Sequence record: MW879344.1
Length of the DNA stretch: 64,000 bases
Strand: one strand, 5' to 3'
Part shown: in pieces, positions 28,289 through 36,645 of the stretch
Layout: every line of letters starts with the position of its first letter
Numbering within the stretch: the first letter of the stretch is position 1
Position numbers and translations under genes: made by a program
Notes under the pieces: model-generated
What the model was told of the DNA's origin: nothing
Database searches by the model: none
What the model saw: only the letters and a program-made list of their open reading frames with translations

Positions 28289-28762
28289 ATGTTTGATAAA
28301 ATTACTATTGCTTCAAAGGAATACAAAGCTGCGATAAAGCAGCTTAAAACAACTTTACGAAATGAATTCAATGATAAATTGAAATCTGACTGCACAGAAC
28401 TCAAATCCGCGTACCCTAATTTGGATCGTATTTTTATTCTTGGTAGTACTCCAGAATGGAATGATGGTGAAGAATGTACTCATGACTCATCTGTGTATAT
28501 TGAAAATACTTCTAATTACAGCGACTGTAAAGAATATTTTGAGTGTGTATTTGGATGGGATGAACCTGAAATTCCTGAGCATTTAGTAGATTCTAACAAG
28601 AATCTATCTGATAATGATGTTACAGAAATTAAAAATATTATTCGTCAAAGTGGTTTAGAAAATATTCTAGAAGTAATTTATGAAACTAACTTCAACGTTG
28701 TGATTGATTTTACTGGCGACGAAGTAAAAGTGACGGTAGAAGACTATGAATGTGGACACTAA
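28289..28762 (+). CDS. Hypothetical protein, family B paralog 3
   Basis: GSTPEWNDGEECTH...YECGH. Confidence 0.7.
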   Translation: MFDKITIASKEYKAAIKQLKTTLRNEFNDKLKSDCTELKSAYPNLDRIFILGSTPEWNDGEECTHDSSVYIENTSNYSDCKEYFECVFGWDEPEIPEHLVDSNKNLSDNDVTEIKNIIRQSGLENILEVIYETNFNVVIDFTGDEVKVTVEDYECGH

Positions 28763-29321
28763 TACATTAAATCCATCAGGAAGTATCGAATTGAACCTAT
28801 TTTCATGGGAGATTCCAGAGAATCTTCCAGAACAAGAATTCAAATATGAAAAACCAAAAAAAGTACTTGAAAATATTCCATCTGAAATGGCTGAATTAGT
28901 CCAGAAAATGATTGATGAAGTTCAAAAGTACGATTCTCGTAGTGTTGTTGTTGATTATAAAGTTAGGAACCTTAAAGCTGGAGATACTGGTTCTAAAATC
29001 TATGGGTATCACTTGGACTGTTGTAATGACATTCATGATGATTTTGAACCTGAAACCCATATTTTATTTGGTACAGTACAAGGTACTAGTTTTATTATGA
29101 ATCCAATCAATGTTTCAATATACGACACTGTTGATGATGTAATTAAAAACGAAGTACTTTTGGAATCAATATGTGCAACAAATACTGCACATAAGTACAC
29201 TAGTAAAGTACTTCATAATTGTCCAATTATTGAACACGATTGTCAACGAGTTTTGATTCGTGTAACTGCTGGATTCAAAGAAAGGATCAAAAATGCAAAA
29301 GCTAAACAACATCAAGTCTGA
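28746..29321 (+). CDS. Putative 2OG-Fe(II) dioxygenase
   Basis: GYHLD (HxD)...VLHN (distal H)...QRVLIR (2OG-binding R). Confidence 0.55.
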   Translation: MNVDTNTLNPSGSIELNLFSWEIPENLPEQEFKYEKPKKVLENIPSEMAELVQKMIDEVQKYDSRSVVVDYKVRNLKAGDTGSKIYGYHLDCCNDIHDDFEPETHILFGTVQGTSFIMNPINVSIYDTVDDVIKNEVLLESICATNTAHKYTSKVLHNCPIIEHDCQRVLIRVTAGFKERIKNAKAKQHQV

Positions 29322-29697
29322 GTTATCATCGGTTTATTTGAATGCAAAAGATTCAATTGAACGTTATAATATCCTAAATGAGATGGAAAAATACATGAAT
29401 GAACTACGTACTAACTTTGTTGAAAAATTAAACAAAGCTGAAGAACAAGGTCACGGTGTATTAGAACGACTACAAAATATCGTCGCAGAACATTGTATTC
29501 CAGAATATGATGTATCTGAGGTTATGCATGATGAAACTGTATCGTTACGTCATGTAATTAATGAATTAGGTCTAGATTCTCTCGATGAAATTGAAATTAT
29601 AATGTCTATTGAAGAATGTTTTGAGGTCGAATTGCCTGATTATGATCTAGAACTTTGTCAAACCATTAATGATGTAATTAAACTTATACAAAAATAA
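29293..29697 (+). CDS. acpP: Acyl carrier protein with N-terminal helical extension
   Basis: LGLDSLDEIEIIMSIEECFEVELPD...QTINDVIKLI; DSL phosphopantetheine site. Confidence 0.75.
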   Translation: MQKLNNIKSELSSVYLNAKDSIERYNILNEMEKYMNELRTNFVEKLNKAEEQGHGVLERLQNIVAEHCIPEYDVSEVMHDETVSLRHVINELGLDSLDEIEIIMSIEECFEVELPDYDLELCQTINDVIKLIQK

Positions 29698-29703
29698 GTA
29701 CAT

Positions 29704-29731
29704 AAAACCCGCTACCAAAGGCGGGTTTTTT
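29704..29731 (+). terminator. Rho-independent terminator
   Basis: aaaacccgc...gcgggtttttt; TAAATA follows at 29734. Confidence 0.8.
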
Positions 29732-29772
29732 CGTAAATATGGTATATACCTAAGCATTATTGAGGTGCAACC

Positions 29773-30138
29773 ATGTTAGAATTTATTAAGTTATACAAAT
29801 GGCCTATCGGGTTAGCAGCATTCTTACTATACACAGTACTAATGCTATTTTCTGGCTGGCAAGTACATACCTATTATGTTGGTTATCAACAAAATATTGA
29901 ACAAAAAATAGAAAAGATAGTAGATAATGGAATTAGAAATTATCAACAAAATCAAGCTAAGGGTCTTGAAGATACAAAATCATTATTAGATAATGCTAGA
30001 GTTAATACAATTATTAAAGAACCAACAATAATAAACCGACCAATATATATGCAACAATGTATGGATCAAGCTGGTGTAGATTTGTTGAAACAATATAAAT
30101 TGGACTCTAAAGCAGCAATAGAAGGAACTAAAAAATGA
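29773..30138 (+). CDS. Putative inner-membrane spanin (Rz-like)
   Basis: N-terminal TM helix plus helical periplasmic domain; overlaps a lipoprotein gene; follows a TAAATA motif. Confidence 0.6.
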   Translation: MLEFIKLYKWPIGLAAFLLYTVLMLFSGWQVHTYYVGYQQNIEQKIEKIVDNGIRNYQQNQAKGLEDTKSLLDNARVNTIIKEPTIINRPIYMQQCMDQAGVDLLKQYKLDSKAAIEGTKK

Positions 30139-30446
30139 GAAAAATAAAATTATTCTTAATGGTTCTTGTTCTACTAATGACTGTACTTTTAAGTGCATGT
30201 AGTACGATTCCGGTTCAAACTAAACCTATTATAGATCAGCAATCATTACTTAAAAAATGTACTACTGATACACCATTACCTACCCAATTTGTCCTTGACG
30301 AAAAAGGTCAACCAGTGTATACTGGACAGGAATTATACAAAACGCTTCGTGACTGGCAGACAGTTTACAATGACTGTGCGAGTACACATAATAAGCTAGT
30401 TGATACAATCAACGGGCTACAAGAGATGAAAGAAGTTAAGAAATAA
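30135..30446 (+). CDS. Putative outer-membrane spanin (Rz1-like lipoprotein)
   Basis: LLSAC lipobox; LLKKC..PLP...W..VYNDCASTHNKLV. Confidence 0.65.
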   Translation: MRKIKLFLMVLVLLMTVLLSACSTIPVQTKPIIDQQSLLKKCTTDTPLPTQFVLDEKGQPVYTGQELYKTLRDWQTVYNDCASTHNKLVDTINGLQEMKEVKK

Positions 30447-30447
30447 C

Positions 30448-30475
30448 TTGACATTATTGAAAAATGTGCTAAAAT
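30448..30475 (+). promoter_or_regulatory. Sigma70-type promoter with extended -10
   Basis: TTGACA-N16-TAAAAT, preceded by TGn. Confidence 0.6.
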
Positions 30476-30502
30476 AAAGGAAATCGTGAGGTTTCCTTTT
30501 TT
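30476..30502 (+). terminator. Rho-independent terminator abutting the promoter
   Basis: aaaggaaatc-gtga-ggtttccttt + T run. Confidence 0.7.
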
Positions 30503-30520
30503 CGTTTGTGGAGTTAGATC

Positions 30521-30910
30521 ATGTTGAAAGATTTAGAATTTTCTGGTTTAGAAGTTATTAGTGCTACAAAAAACATCAATGACTACGATACAGAAAAAGA
30601 TTTTATTATTGCTATTACTATGGTACACAATGAAGATTCTTATTCACATTTGACTGGAATTGAAAAATTAATACATGAAACTAACCTACAAAATGATAAC
30701 AAATATATTAAGTTAAGTTGTACATATCGTACAAATGATAAGGGACAAATAGTTCTTCCTATCAAAATTGCATACAATGGTAGTACTGAGAAGTACTCTA
30801 AACGTGCATACTATGATCGTGATTTAACCCCCGATTTGTTTGAAGATATTGCATTTATTGATGAGTTCTTTGAACGCACACCAACTGAAATTAAACGTTT
30901 ATATATGTGA
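30521..30910 (+). CDS. Hypothetical protein
   Basis: SD ggag; 129 aa. Confidence 0.65.
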   Translation: MLKDLEFSGLEVISATKNINDYDTEKDFIIAITMVHNEDSYSHLTGIEKLIHETNLQNDNKYIKLSCTYRTNDKGQIVLPIKIAYNGSTEKYSKRAYYDRDLTPDLFEDIAFIDEFFERTPTEIKRLYM

Positions 30911-30917
30911 GGAAATA

Positions 30918-31175
30918 ATGAACGATGTATATTATCGTATTATCCGTTCATACGAGGATGATGAACTACTTCGAGTAGTAACTATGCAAGATTTTGATGA
31001 ATATGATTATGACCATAGTCGTTTTCTATGTGCTAAAGGAACAAATGAACGTTTACAATTTAGTACTGAAGAAAAAGCAATCAAATTCTTAAATGATAAT
31101 ATCAATCTAGAAAATATTGATCCAGAGTTTCGGGTAAAGACTCAGAATTATAATGACAAATTCTATAAAGATTGA
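30918..31175 (+). CDS. Hypothetical protein
   Basis: SD gagg; start moved to ATG 30918. Confidence 0.65.
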   Translation: MNDVYYRIIRSYEDDELLRVVTMQDFDEYDYDHSRFLCAKGTNERLQFSTEEKAIKFLNDNINLENIDPEFRVKTQNYNDKFYKD

Positions 31176-31180
31176 AATAA

Positions 31181-31210
31181 GTGAAACGCATTAAAAAAAT
31201 GTGGTATAAT
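31181..31210 (+). promoter_or_regulatory. Promoter of the candidate large ncRNA
   Basis: GTGAAAC...TGGTATAAT, 18-bp spacer; same class as 39006, 45372 and 61094. Confidence 0.65.
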
Positions 31211-31216
31211 ATGTAT

Positions 31217-31681
31217 GAAGACCTGAAAAGGTACTTCATACAACTCTGATTGATCCGTTTTACGGAATAGTTTAAGCCTGATCTCGTTGAAAATGTAAAC
31301 AGCAGATGAGTAGTTCAATCAGTACGAGTGCAAAAGAAACCCGTTAGGAGATGGCATAGTTTGTACCACCCACGGCAATGCGGCACTATAAATACGTCCT
31401 TGATATGAACGTACTAGATAGACATATGAGATGCATACTCACCTATTAAAAGGGAGATATTCTACGGAATATCAATAGTATTTGTTGCTGAATTAGCGAG
31501 TACTATATGCGAAGGAATGAGAAATCTTCGACCGTTGTATGCGACTGTAGTAACTGGAAACCGGACAACCCGCCAGTGTAGCTACAAATATTAGACAATA
31601 TAGATCCGTCTAAAATTTGAGTTAATCTACAAATTCAGAGGTAAGACTACCACCGTCAGATATTATTCTGACTTTTTTTTT
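31217..31681 (+). ncRNA. Candidate large structured ncRNA (~465 nt), family not recognised
   Basis: No ORF of 60 aa or more; own promoter and terminator; many helices with GAAA, GCAA and cUACGg tetraloops; long-range pairing ctgattga/tcaatcag; G-U pairs on + strand. Confidence 0.65.
31655..31681 (+). terminator. Rho-independent terminator
   Basis: gtcaga-tattat-tctgac + 9 T. Confidence 0.75.
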
Positions 31682-31833
31682 CGTTCCCCTTTTGTGGGGG
31701 GATGCAAATGGATCAACAAACCCCGTCAGTATAATAGTATTGAACGTACTTAAATACATTGATAATGAATGGAAATTATTCGAGTTCGTCAGAACGAGAA
31801 GAATTGAACATTCTTGACTAACGGAGTTAGGCA

Positions 31834-32208
31834 ATGACCCTTTCAGAAAACAAGTACTTCGAACAGATTATGACAAAGTACTTTTTAATATTAATTGAGA
31901 AAGACCTGTATCAATACAGGGGAAATACATTATTCATAGATAAATCATCTCAGGATGATAGAACTCTTGGCATTTATAATGCTATGTGTGATATGGCATA
32001 TATTGGTGAAAATATTGTATGTGTTAATTTTGATAAAGCATTTCCAATTAAACACTTGGATAAACTGCACTTTTTTATTGGAAATAATGCATATTACTTA
32101 AATCCAGTGCCATGTGATTTTTTGTTTATTTTTGACGCAGTAAAAAATCGTGAAGAATTAAATAAAATCATTAATTTTTACAATCCTAAATTTATTTTTT
32201 ACTGCTAG
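31834..32208 (+). CDS. Hypothetical protein
   Basis: SD ggag; 124 aa; TAAATA at 31751. Confidence 0.55.
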   Translation: MTLSENKYFEQIMTKYFLILIEKDLYQYRGNTLFIDKSSQDDRTLGIYNAMCDMAYIGENIVCVNFDKAFPIKHLDKLHFFIGNNAYYLNPVPCDFLFIFDAVKNREELNKIINFYNPKFIFYC

Positions 32209-32235
32209 TAAATACAGTATCAATAATTAAAAAGG

Positions 32236-32688
32236 ATGATGATTATGAGTGAACCTTTTGATCCTAATGACATACGTAGTATGATTGATTATGTAGAAAC
32301 AACCGAAGACAATGCTCACGAAGATGTACTAATCAAATTCGTAGAGAACAGTCTATTCCTAGAAGCCCAAGCACACCATTGGCACTTACAATGTAAGTAC
32401 TATTCAAAACATATGGAACTCGATGAATTTTACAAAGAGCTTCCTGAATTTGTTGATTCCTTTATAGAAGGAATGATGGCAGAACGTGGACCAATATTCA
32501 GTACTGGAACATCTTATGTATTTCAACCATTAGAGGCAGCAATTCCTATATTGGAAGAATATGTACAGCATTGTAACAAGATTCATGAAATATTGGATTC
32601 ACTTGATGAATTTGGGTCTGTTAACACGCTAGAAGATATTATTAGTTTTGTTAACAGCATATTATATAAACTTAAAGTACTACAATAA
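32236..32688 (+). CDS. Dps/ferritin-like protein
   Basis: QAHHWHLQCKYYSKHMELDEFY...VDSFIE...LYKLKVL four-helix pattern. Confidence 0.65.
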   Translation: MMIMSEPFDPNDIRSMIDYVETTEDNAHEDVLIKFVENSLFLEAQAHHWHLQCKYYSKHMELDEFYKELPEFVDSFIEGMMAERGPIFSTGTSYVFQPLEAAIPILEEYVQHCNKIHEILDSLDEFGSVNTLEDIISFVNSILYKLKVLQ

Positions 32689-32693
32689 TCAAT

Positions 32694-32721
32694 AAGGACA
32701 CAAAATGTGTCCTTTCTTTTT
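32694..32721 (+). terminator. Terminator (copy 1 of GGACAC/GTGTCC stem)
   Basis: aaggacaca-aaa-tgtgtcctt + T-rich. Confidence 0.7.
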
Positions 32722-32732
32722 AGGAGAAATTT

Positions 32733-33260
32733 ATGTTCAATGTAATAATCAATACCCACGATTCATATTGGGATTGCGACGATTGTGGTTGTTCAGGTTC
32801 AGAAATCATTAGTTTCAATTCTGAAGAATTGGGAGAATTCTATGATGGGGATGCTGCATATTGCTATGGTTCTAATAGTGGATCTATGATAACAGTACTT
32901 CGTGAATTAAACAGACGTTTAGCAGATAAGGGAATAATTGTGACGCTTAAAGAACATGGTGACGAATATGATAAAGCAGAAGATGCTTTCTATAGTATTC
33001 TACGAGATTTAGATTGGGCAAATCGTGATATTTGGACTGATGAACAAAAACGTATTCATGAAGAATATTGTACATTAGACGAAGAATATGAAGCGTTTTA
33101 TCGGGAAGAAAATCTATCCAAGTACTATGAGCAATTCGGAGTATCACTTTCTTTTACATCATCGTATGATGAATTTGATGAACAAGACCAGTACTATGAA
33201 GATTCGTTTGACAGTGGGTATAGTACTGAAGAATCTTATGATTCAGATGAAGACAAATAA
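32733..33260 (+). CDS. Acidic hypothetical protein with N-terminal CxxC
   Basis: WDCDDCGCSG; SD aggag. Confidence 0.65.
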   Translation: MFNVIINTHDSYWDCDDCGCSGSEIISFNSEELGEFYDGDAAYCYGSNSGSMITVLRELNRRLADKGIIVTLKEHGDEYDKAEDAFYSILRDLDWANRDIWTDEQKRIHEEYCTLDEEYEAFYREENLSKYYEQFGVSLSFTSSYDEFDEQDQYYEDSFDSGYSTEESYDSDEDK

Positions 33261-33282
33261 GGACACTATGTGTCCTTTTTTT
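33259..33282 (+). terminator. Terminator (copy 2 of GGACAC/GTGTCC stem)
   Basis: aaggacac-tat-gtgtcctt + T run. Confidence 0.7.
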
Positions 33283-33295
33283 ATTGGAGAAAGAT

Positions 33296-33775
33296 ATGCG
33301 ACCATTAATTGCAATATGTATAGAAGATGATCAAGGGGGAACTTTTTATCATAATCCAACCATTATTAACTCATATCAAGATGCAGTTAAATTTCAATTA
33401 GAAAATGATGTTAAATTGGATGGATATATTGAGTTTCTATTATATCCTGAGAATTTAGATTTAAATGAAGTAATTGAAAATATTGAATATTGTTATAGTG
33501 ATTATGATGACTATTTTGATCTAGAAGAATTAACTCGATATTTTAATCTTACAGCACCTTTGTATAAAGATGGTACTGTAGCTAAAATTGGTGATAGTGT
33601 GATTATATACTCTGAAGATTTATTATGGGGATATATGACAAAAAATGTACCATTGTATGGTACGGTAACTAATATTGATAACTTGTACAGAATTCAATTC
33701 AGAATTGAACCGTATGAAAAGGAAATGTGTTTAGACCATTTTCGTGTGAATAAATTGGGAGAAAATAATGAATAA
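33296..33775 (+). CDS. Hypothetical protein
   Basis: SD ggag; start moved to ATG 33296. Confidence 0.6.
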   Translation: MRPLIAICIEDDQGGTFYHNPTIINSYQDAVKFQLENDVKLDGYIEFLLYPENLDLNEVIENIEYCYSDYDDYFDLEELTRYFNLTAPLYKDGTVAKIGDSVIIYSEDLLWGYMTKNVPLYGTVTNIDNLYRIQFRIEPYEKEMCLDHFRVNKLGENNE

Positions 33776-34163
33776 ATTATATGAATTTTATCTAGACTGT
33801 GGTAAAATTGGTGACTTATCCGGTCTATTTATAGCAACTGAAGATGAACTAAGAGCACTTCAAGGCTCTACTATTTGGTTCGGTGAAGCCCTTGGTAAGC
33901 ATTCAGAAGTGTGGATTGATGAATTCAAATTCGAAGATTATTGTGAAGTTAAATGTGATGATCAAGAAAAAGTTGAATGGTTGGCTGGTCTATTGGGATA
34001 TACATTATCTGGTTATAATCCATTGGATTATTTCTATATTGAAGAACAAAGTGAATATCAAGAAGGTAAAGATTCAGAAGACGGTGAAGAAAATCCGTAT
34101 GATGCAACTGAAGAACCAGGAGCACATATTCGTTGGAAATTAGGTTCAAAAGATAAAAAATAA
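33768..34163 (+). CDS. Hypothetical protein
   Basis: LYEFYLDCGKIGDLSGLFIAT...FGEALGKHSEV pattern, typical of a conserved phage protein. Confidence 0.65.
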   Translation: MNKLYEFYLDCGKIGDLSGLFIATEDELRALQGSTIWFGEALGKHSEVWIDEFKFEDYCEVKCDDQEKVEWLAGLLGYTLSGYNPLDYFYIEEQSEYQEGKDSEDGEENPYDATEEPGAHIRWKLGSKDKK

Positions 34164-34176
34164 GGAAGTTTGTTGT

Positions 34177-34683
34177 ATGAAGATTAAAGATGGATATTTC
34201 TTTTTTTGGGGAAATGAAGATTACATGTCAAATTGGCACAAAGCGTCATTTGAATTGCATGGAATTACATTCAATTGCTCAGAACAATACATGATGTATG
34301 CAAAAGCAATGGTATTCAATGACACTATTATTGCTAATAAAGTACTTGAGACTAGTTCTCAATCTAAACAAAAAGCATTAGGTCGGCAAGTAAGTAATTA
34401 TGATGATGAAATTTGGAATGAAGTACGTTTTGAAATTGTATATGATGCTTGCCTAGCTAAATTTTCGCAGAATGAAAAACTCAAAGAACAACTTCTAAGT
34501 ACTGGTAATCTACATCTAGTAGAAGCATCACCATATGATAAGATTTGGGGTATTGGTATGAAAGATGACCATCCAGATGCAACTAATCCTGAAAAATGGG
34601 ATGGTTTAAATCTATTAGGTGAAGTACTAATGAAAGTTCGTGATACTCTAAAGGTAACCACATATGAGCAAAAACTTTACTAA
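34177..34683 (+). CDS. NADAR (YbiA-like) hydrolase
   Basis: MSNWH, FNCSEQYMMYAKA, KALGRQV, AKFSQNEKLK..LL.TG, VEASPYDKIWGIG, GLNLLGEVLM. Confidence 0.92.
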   Translation: MKIKDGYFFFWGNEDYMSNWHKASFELHGITFNCSEQYMMYAKAMVFNDTIIANKVLETSSQSKQKALGRQVSNYDDEIWNEVRFEIVYDACLAKFSQNEKLKEQLLSTGNLHLVEASPYDKIWGIGMKDDHPDATNPEKWDGLNLLGEVLMKVRDTLKVTTYEQKLY

Positions 34684-34900
34684 ACAAGAAACTTTTTATA
34701 TTAACAATCGTTTTCTTAAAACATTAGCAATAAAGTTATTACGTCAAAAACCAGAAACAAGGTCTGAACAAGATCGTGAAGATTTTTGGTACGTATTTCA
34801 TAAGTTAAATCCAGGTTATCTCGGACGTGATTTAACATTACGTGCACGAGTAGAATCATTTGTACTTTATAGTTCAGTACGTGTGGAAGTGAACGATTAA
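34664..34900 (+). CDS. Hypothetical protein
   Basis: 78 aa; overlaps the NADAR stop. Confidence 0.55.
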   Translation: MSKNFTKQETFYINNRFLKTLAIKLLRQKPETRSEQDREDFWYVFHKLNPGYLGRDLTLRARVESFVLYSSVRVEVND

Positions 34901-34925
34901 CATAAACAAATAACAAGGATGTTAT

Positions 34926-35507
34926 ATGGCAAAATTATATTTTAGATATAGTACAATGAATGCAGGGAAAAGTGCTAGTCTATTACAAACAGCATTCAAT
35001 TACAAAGAACTAGGTTATAAAGTTTTGATTTTTACATCAGCTTTAGATGATCGTTATGGGTATGGTAAAGTAACTTCTAGGATAGGGATTGATGCAGATG
35101 CCATTATTATTCCTAAAGATAACAATGACGTATTAAATGATGCTAAGATTACTATCAGGGCATTGGGAATAAAAGCAGTATTTGTGGATGAATGTCAGTT
35201 TCTTAGTACTGAACAAGTGGATATATTAGGTCAAATGGTTGATGAATTGAACGTAACTGTATTTTGTTATGGTATACGTACTAATTTTGAATCTAATTTG
35301 TTTAGTGGGTCAAAACGTTTGTTTGAAGTTGCTGACTGTATCGAAGAATTACGAAATCTTTGTCAATGTGGTAAGAAGTCCACTATGAATGCCAGATTAG
35401 TTAACAGTACTGAACAAGTACTTATTGGTGGTAATGATATGTACAAGAGTATGTGCAGAAAATGTTACTTAGAATTTACAAAGAAAAAGCTTGACAGCGG
35501 AGAATAA
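34926..35507 (+). CDS. tdk: Thymidine kinase
   Basis: LYFRYSTMNAGKS, SRIG, VFVDECQF, YGIRTNF, CQCG...CRKC. Confidence 0.95.
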   Translation: MAKLYFRYSTMNAGKSASLLQTAFNYKELGYKVLIFTSALDDRYGYGKVTSRIGIDADAIIIPKDNNDVLNDAKITIRALGIKAVFVDECQFLSTEQVDILGQMVDELNVTVFCYGIRTNFESNLFSGSKRLFEVADCIEELRNLCQCGKKSTMNARLVNSTEQVLIGGNDMYKSMCRKCYLEFTKKKLDSGE

Positions 35508-35519
35508 AATCGGTAAAAT
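35491..35519 (+). promoter_or_regulatory. Sigma70-type promoter
   Basis: TTGACA-N17-TAAAAT. Confidence 0.6.
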
Positions 35520-35548
35520 GTGGACATGAACTAACAGAGGTGATTTAA

Positions 35549-36049
35549 ATGACAATCGCATTAATTATAGCAGTAATCATATCTGCTATTTGGTTTTGGT
35601 GTTTTTCCGCTCGTGCTGGTTGGTATGGTGTCCACATTGAACGTAAGTATAAGCTTAAATTTGATGAAGATGCTTCATCCCAATTACTACGAATAATTGC
35701 ACGTTATCGGGCAGGTGAATTTTTAGTAGAGAAAAGTATGTATGGTGAAAATTTATTATTCACTAAACCTGTAAAATCTTCTAATACAATCACTGAGTAT
35801 AGTGAAAGTAAGTACTTTATTAATATTGAAAAACCTTTTTCACGTTCATTTGGATGGGTTTCTGATGAATCACATTTAAGTGCATGGATTTCTGAAAGAA
35901 GCGATGAATATAAAGGTGCTATTAATAATGACGCATTTGATGCTTTAATAGAAGTACTTGTAGAAATTTCTCCTGAAACAATTGGTGTTGATATTTCTGG
36001 AAACCGCCGATTCCGTAAATCTAAAAACGAGGAAGTACAATTATCATGA
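35549..36049 (+). CDS. Membrane-anchored hypothetical protein
   Basis: N-terminal TM; SD gaggtg. Confidence 0.65.
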   Translation: MTIALIIAVIISAIWFWCFSARAGWYGVHIERKYKLKFDEDASSQLLRIIARYRAGEFLVEKSMYGENLLFTKPVKSSNTITEYSESKYFINIEKPFSRSFGWVSDESHLSAWISERSDEYKGAINNDAFDALIEVLVEISPETIGVDISGNRRFRKSKNEEVQLS

Positions 36050-36645
36050 TTATTGATGCAAGTCTCGTAATTGGGTTGATAGCAACTCATATTATTGCTG
36101 CCGTAGCACCTATGGTTATACGTGAACAATACCGAATGGCTAAAAATGGTCTTCAGTTAAAGAAACTTGCTGCACAGCAAGCTGCATTAGCTGAACTTCG
36201 GAAACCATCTAATCCATTACAGGCAGGTTTAGTTACAGAAGATATTGAATCTGTTGTAATGACTGAAGATGAACATTTTGATCATTTAAAACGTTTATAT
36301 CCTAATGCATGGAAAGAATATAGTGAACGAAATAGTAAACCAATCTTTAGTCGTGGTGACCGTTATATTATGCGATTAATACTTGCATATGAGCGAGGTG
36401 ATCTTACTGCAACTGTTGATGAATATAATATCAATTTTTCAAATGGTGATAAAGTTTGGATAGCAAACAAATATCATGGGTATGGACGGTTGTATAAATC
36501 GGATCATAATCCGCATTGTGTGTTTGATAATAATTTTATTGTAAGTCCATATACATTTATGCGAATTGTAGATATTGAAGAAAAAATTGCAGAACCTATT
36601 TTACATTTAACTCCAATTAAGGTACTTAATAATGTCGGTATCTAA
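36046..36645 (+). CDS. Membrane-anchored hypothetical protein
   Basis: N-terminal TM; shares LI.RY..GE/D...V and IxKPF/YHGYGxL-like patterns with the previous gene (weak). Confidence 0.6.
   Translation: MIIDASLVIGLIATHIIAAVAPMVIREQYRMAKNGLQLKKLAAQQAALAELRKPSNPLQAGLVTEDIESVVMTEDEHFDHLKRLYPNAWKEYSERNSKPIFSRGDRYIMRLILAYERGDLTATVDEYNINFSNGDKVWIANKYHGYGRLYKSDHNPHCVFDNNFIVSPYTFMRIVDIEEKIAEPILHLTPIKVLNNVGI

Noticed and set aside
31217-31681. Assignment of the large RNA as tmRNA, RNase P RNA or a group I intron
   Set aside because: cccgccag echoes the tmRNA 3' end and tcagaggtaagacta loosely echoes group I P7. However, there is no GGGGC 5' end/CCA acceptor stem, no GAGGAAAGUCC, no matching S element, and no interrupted host gene
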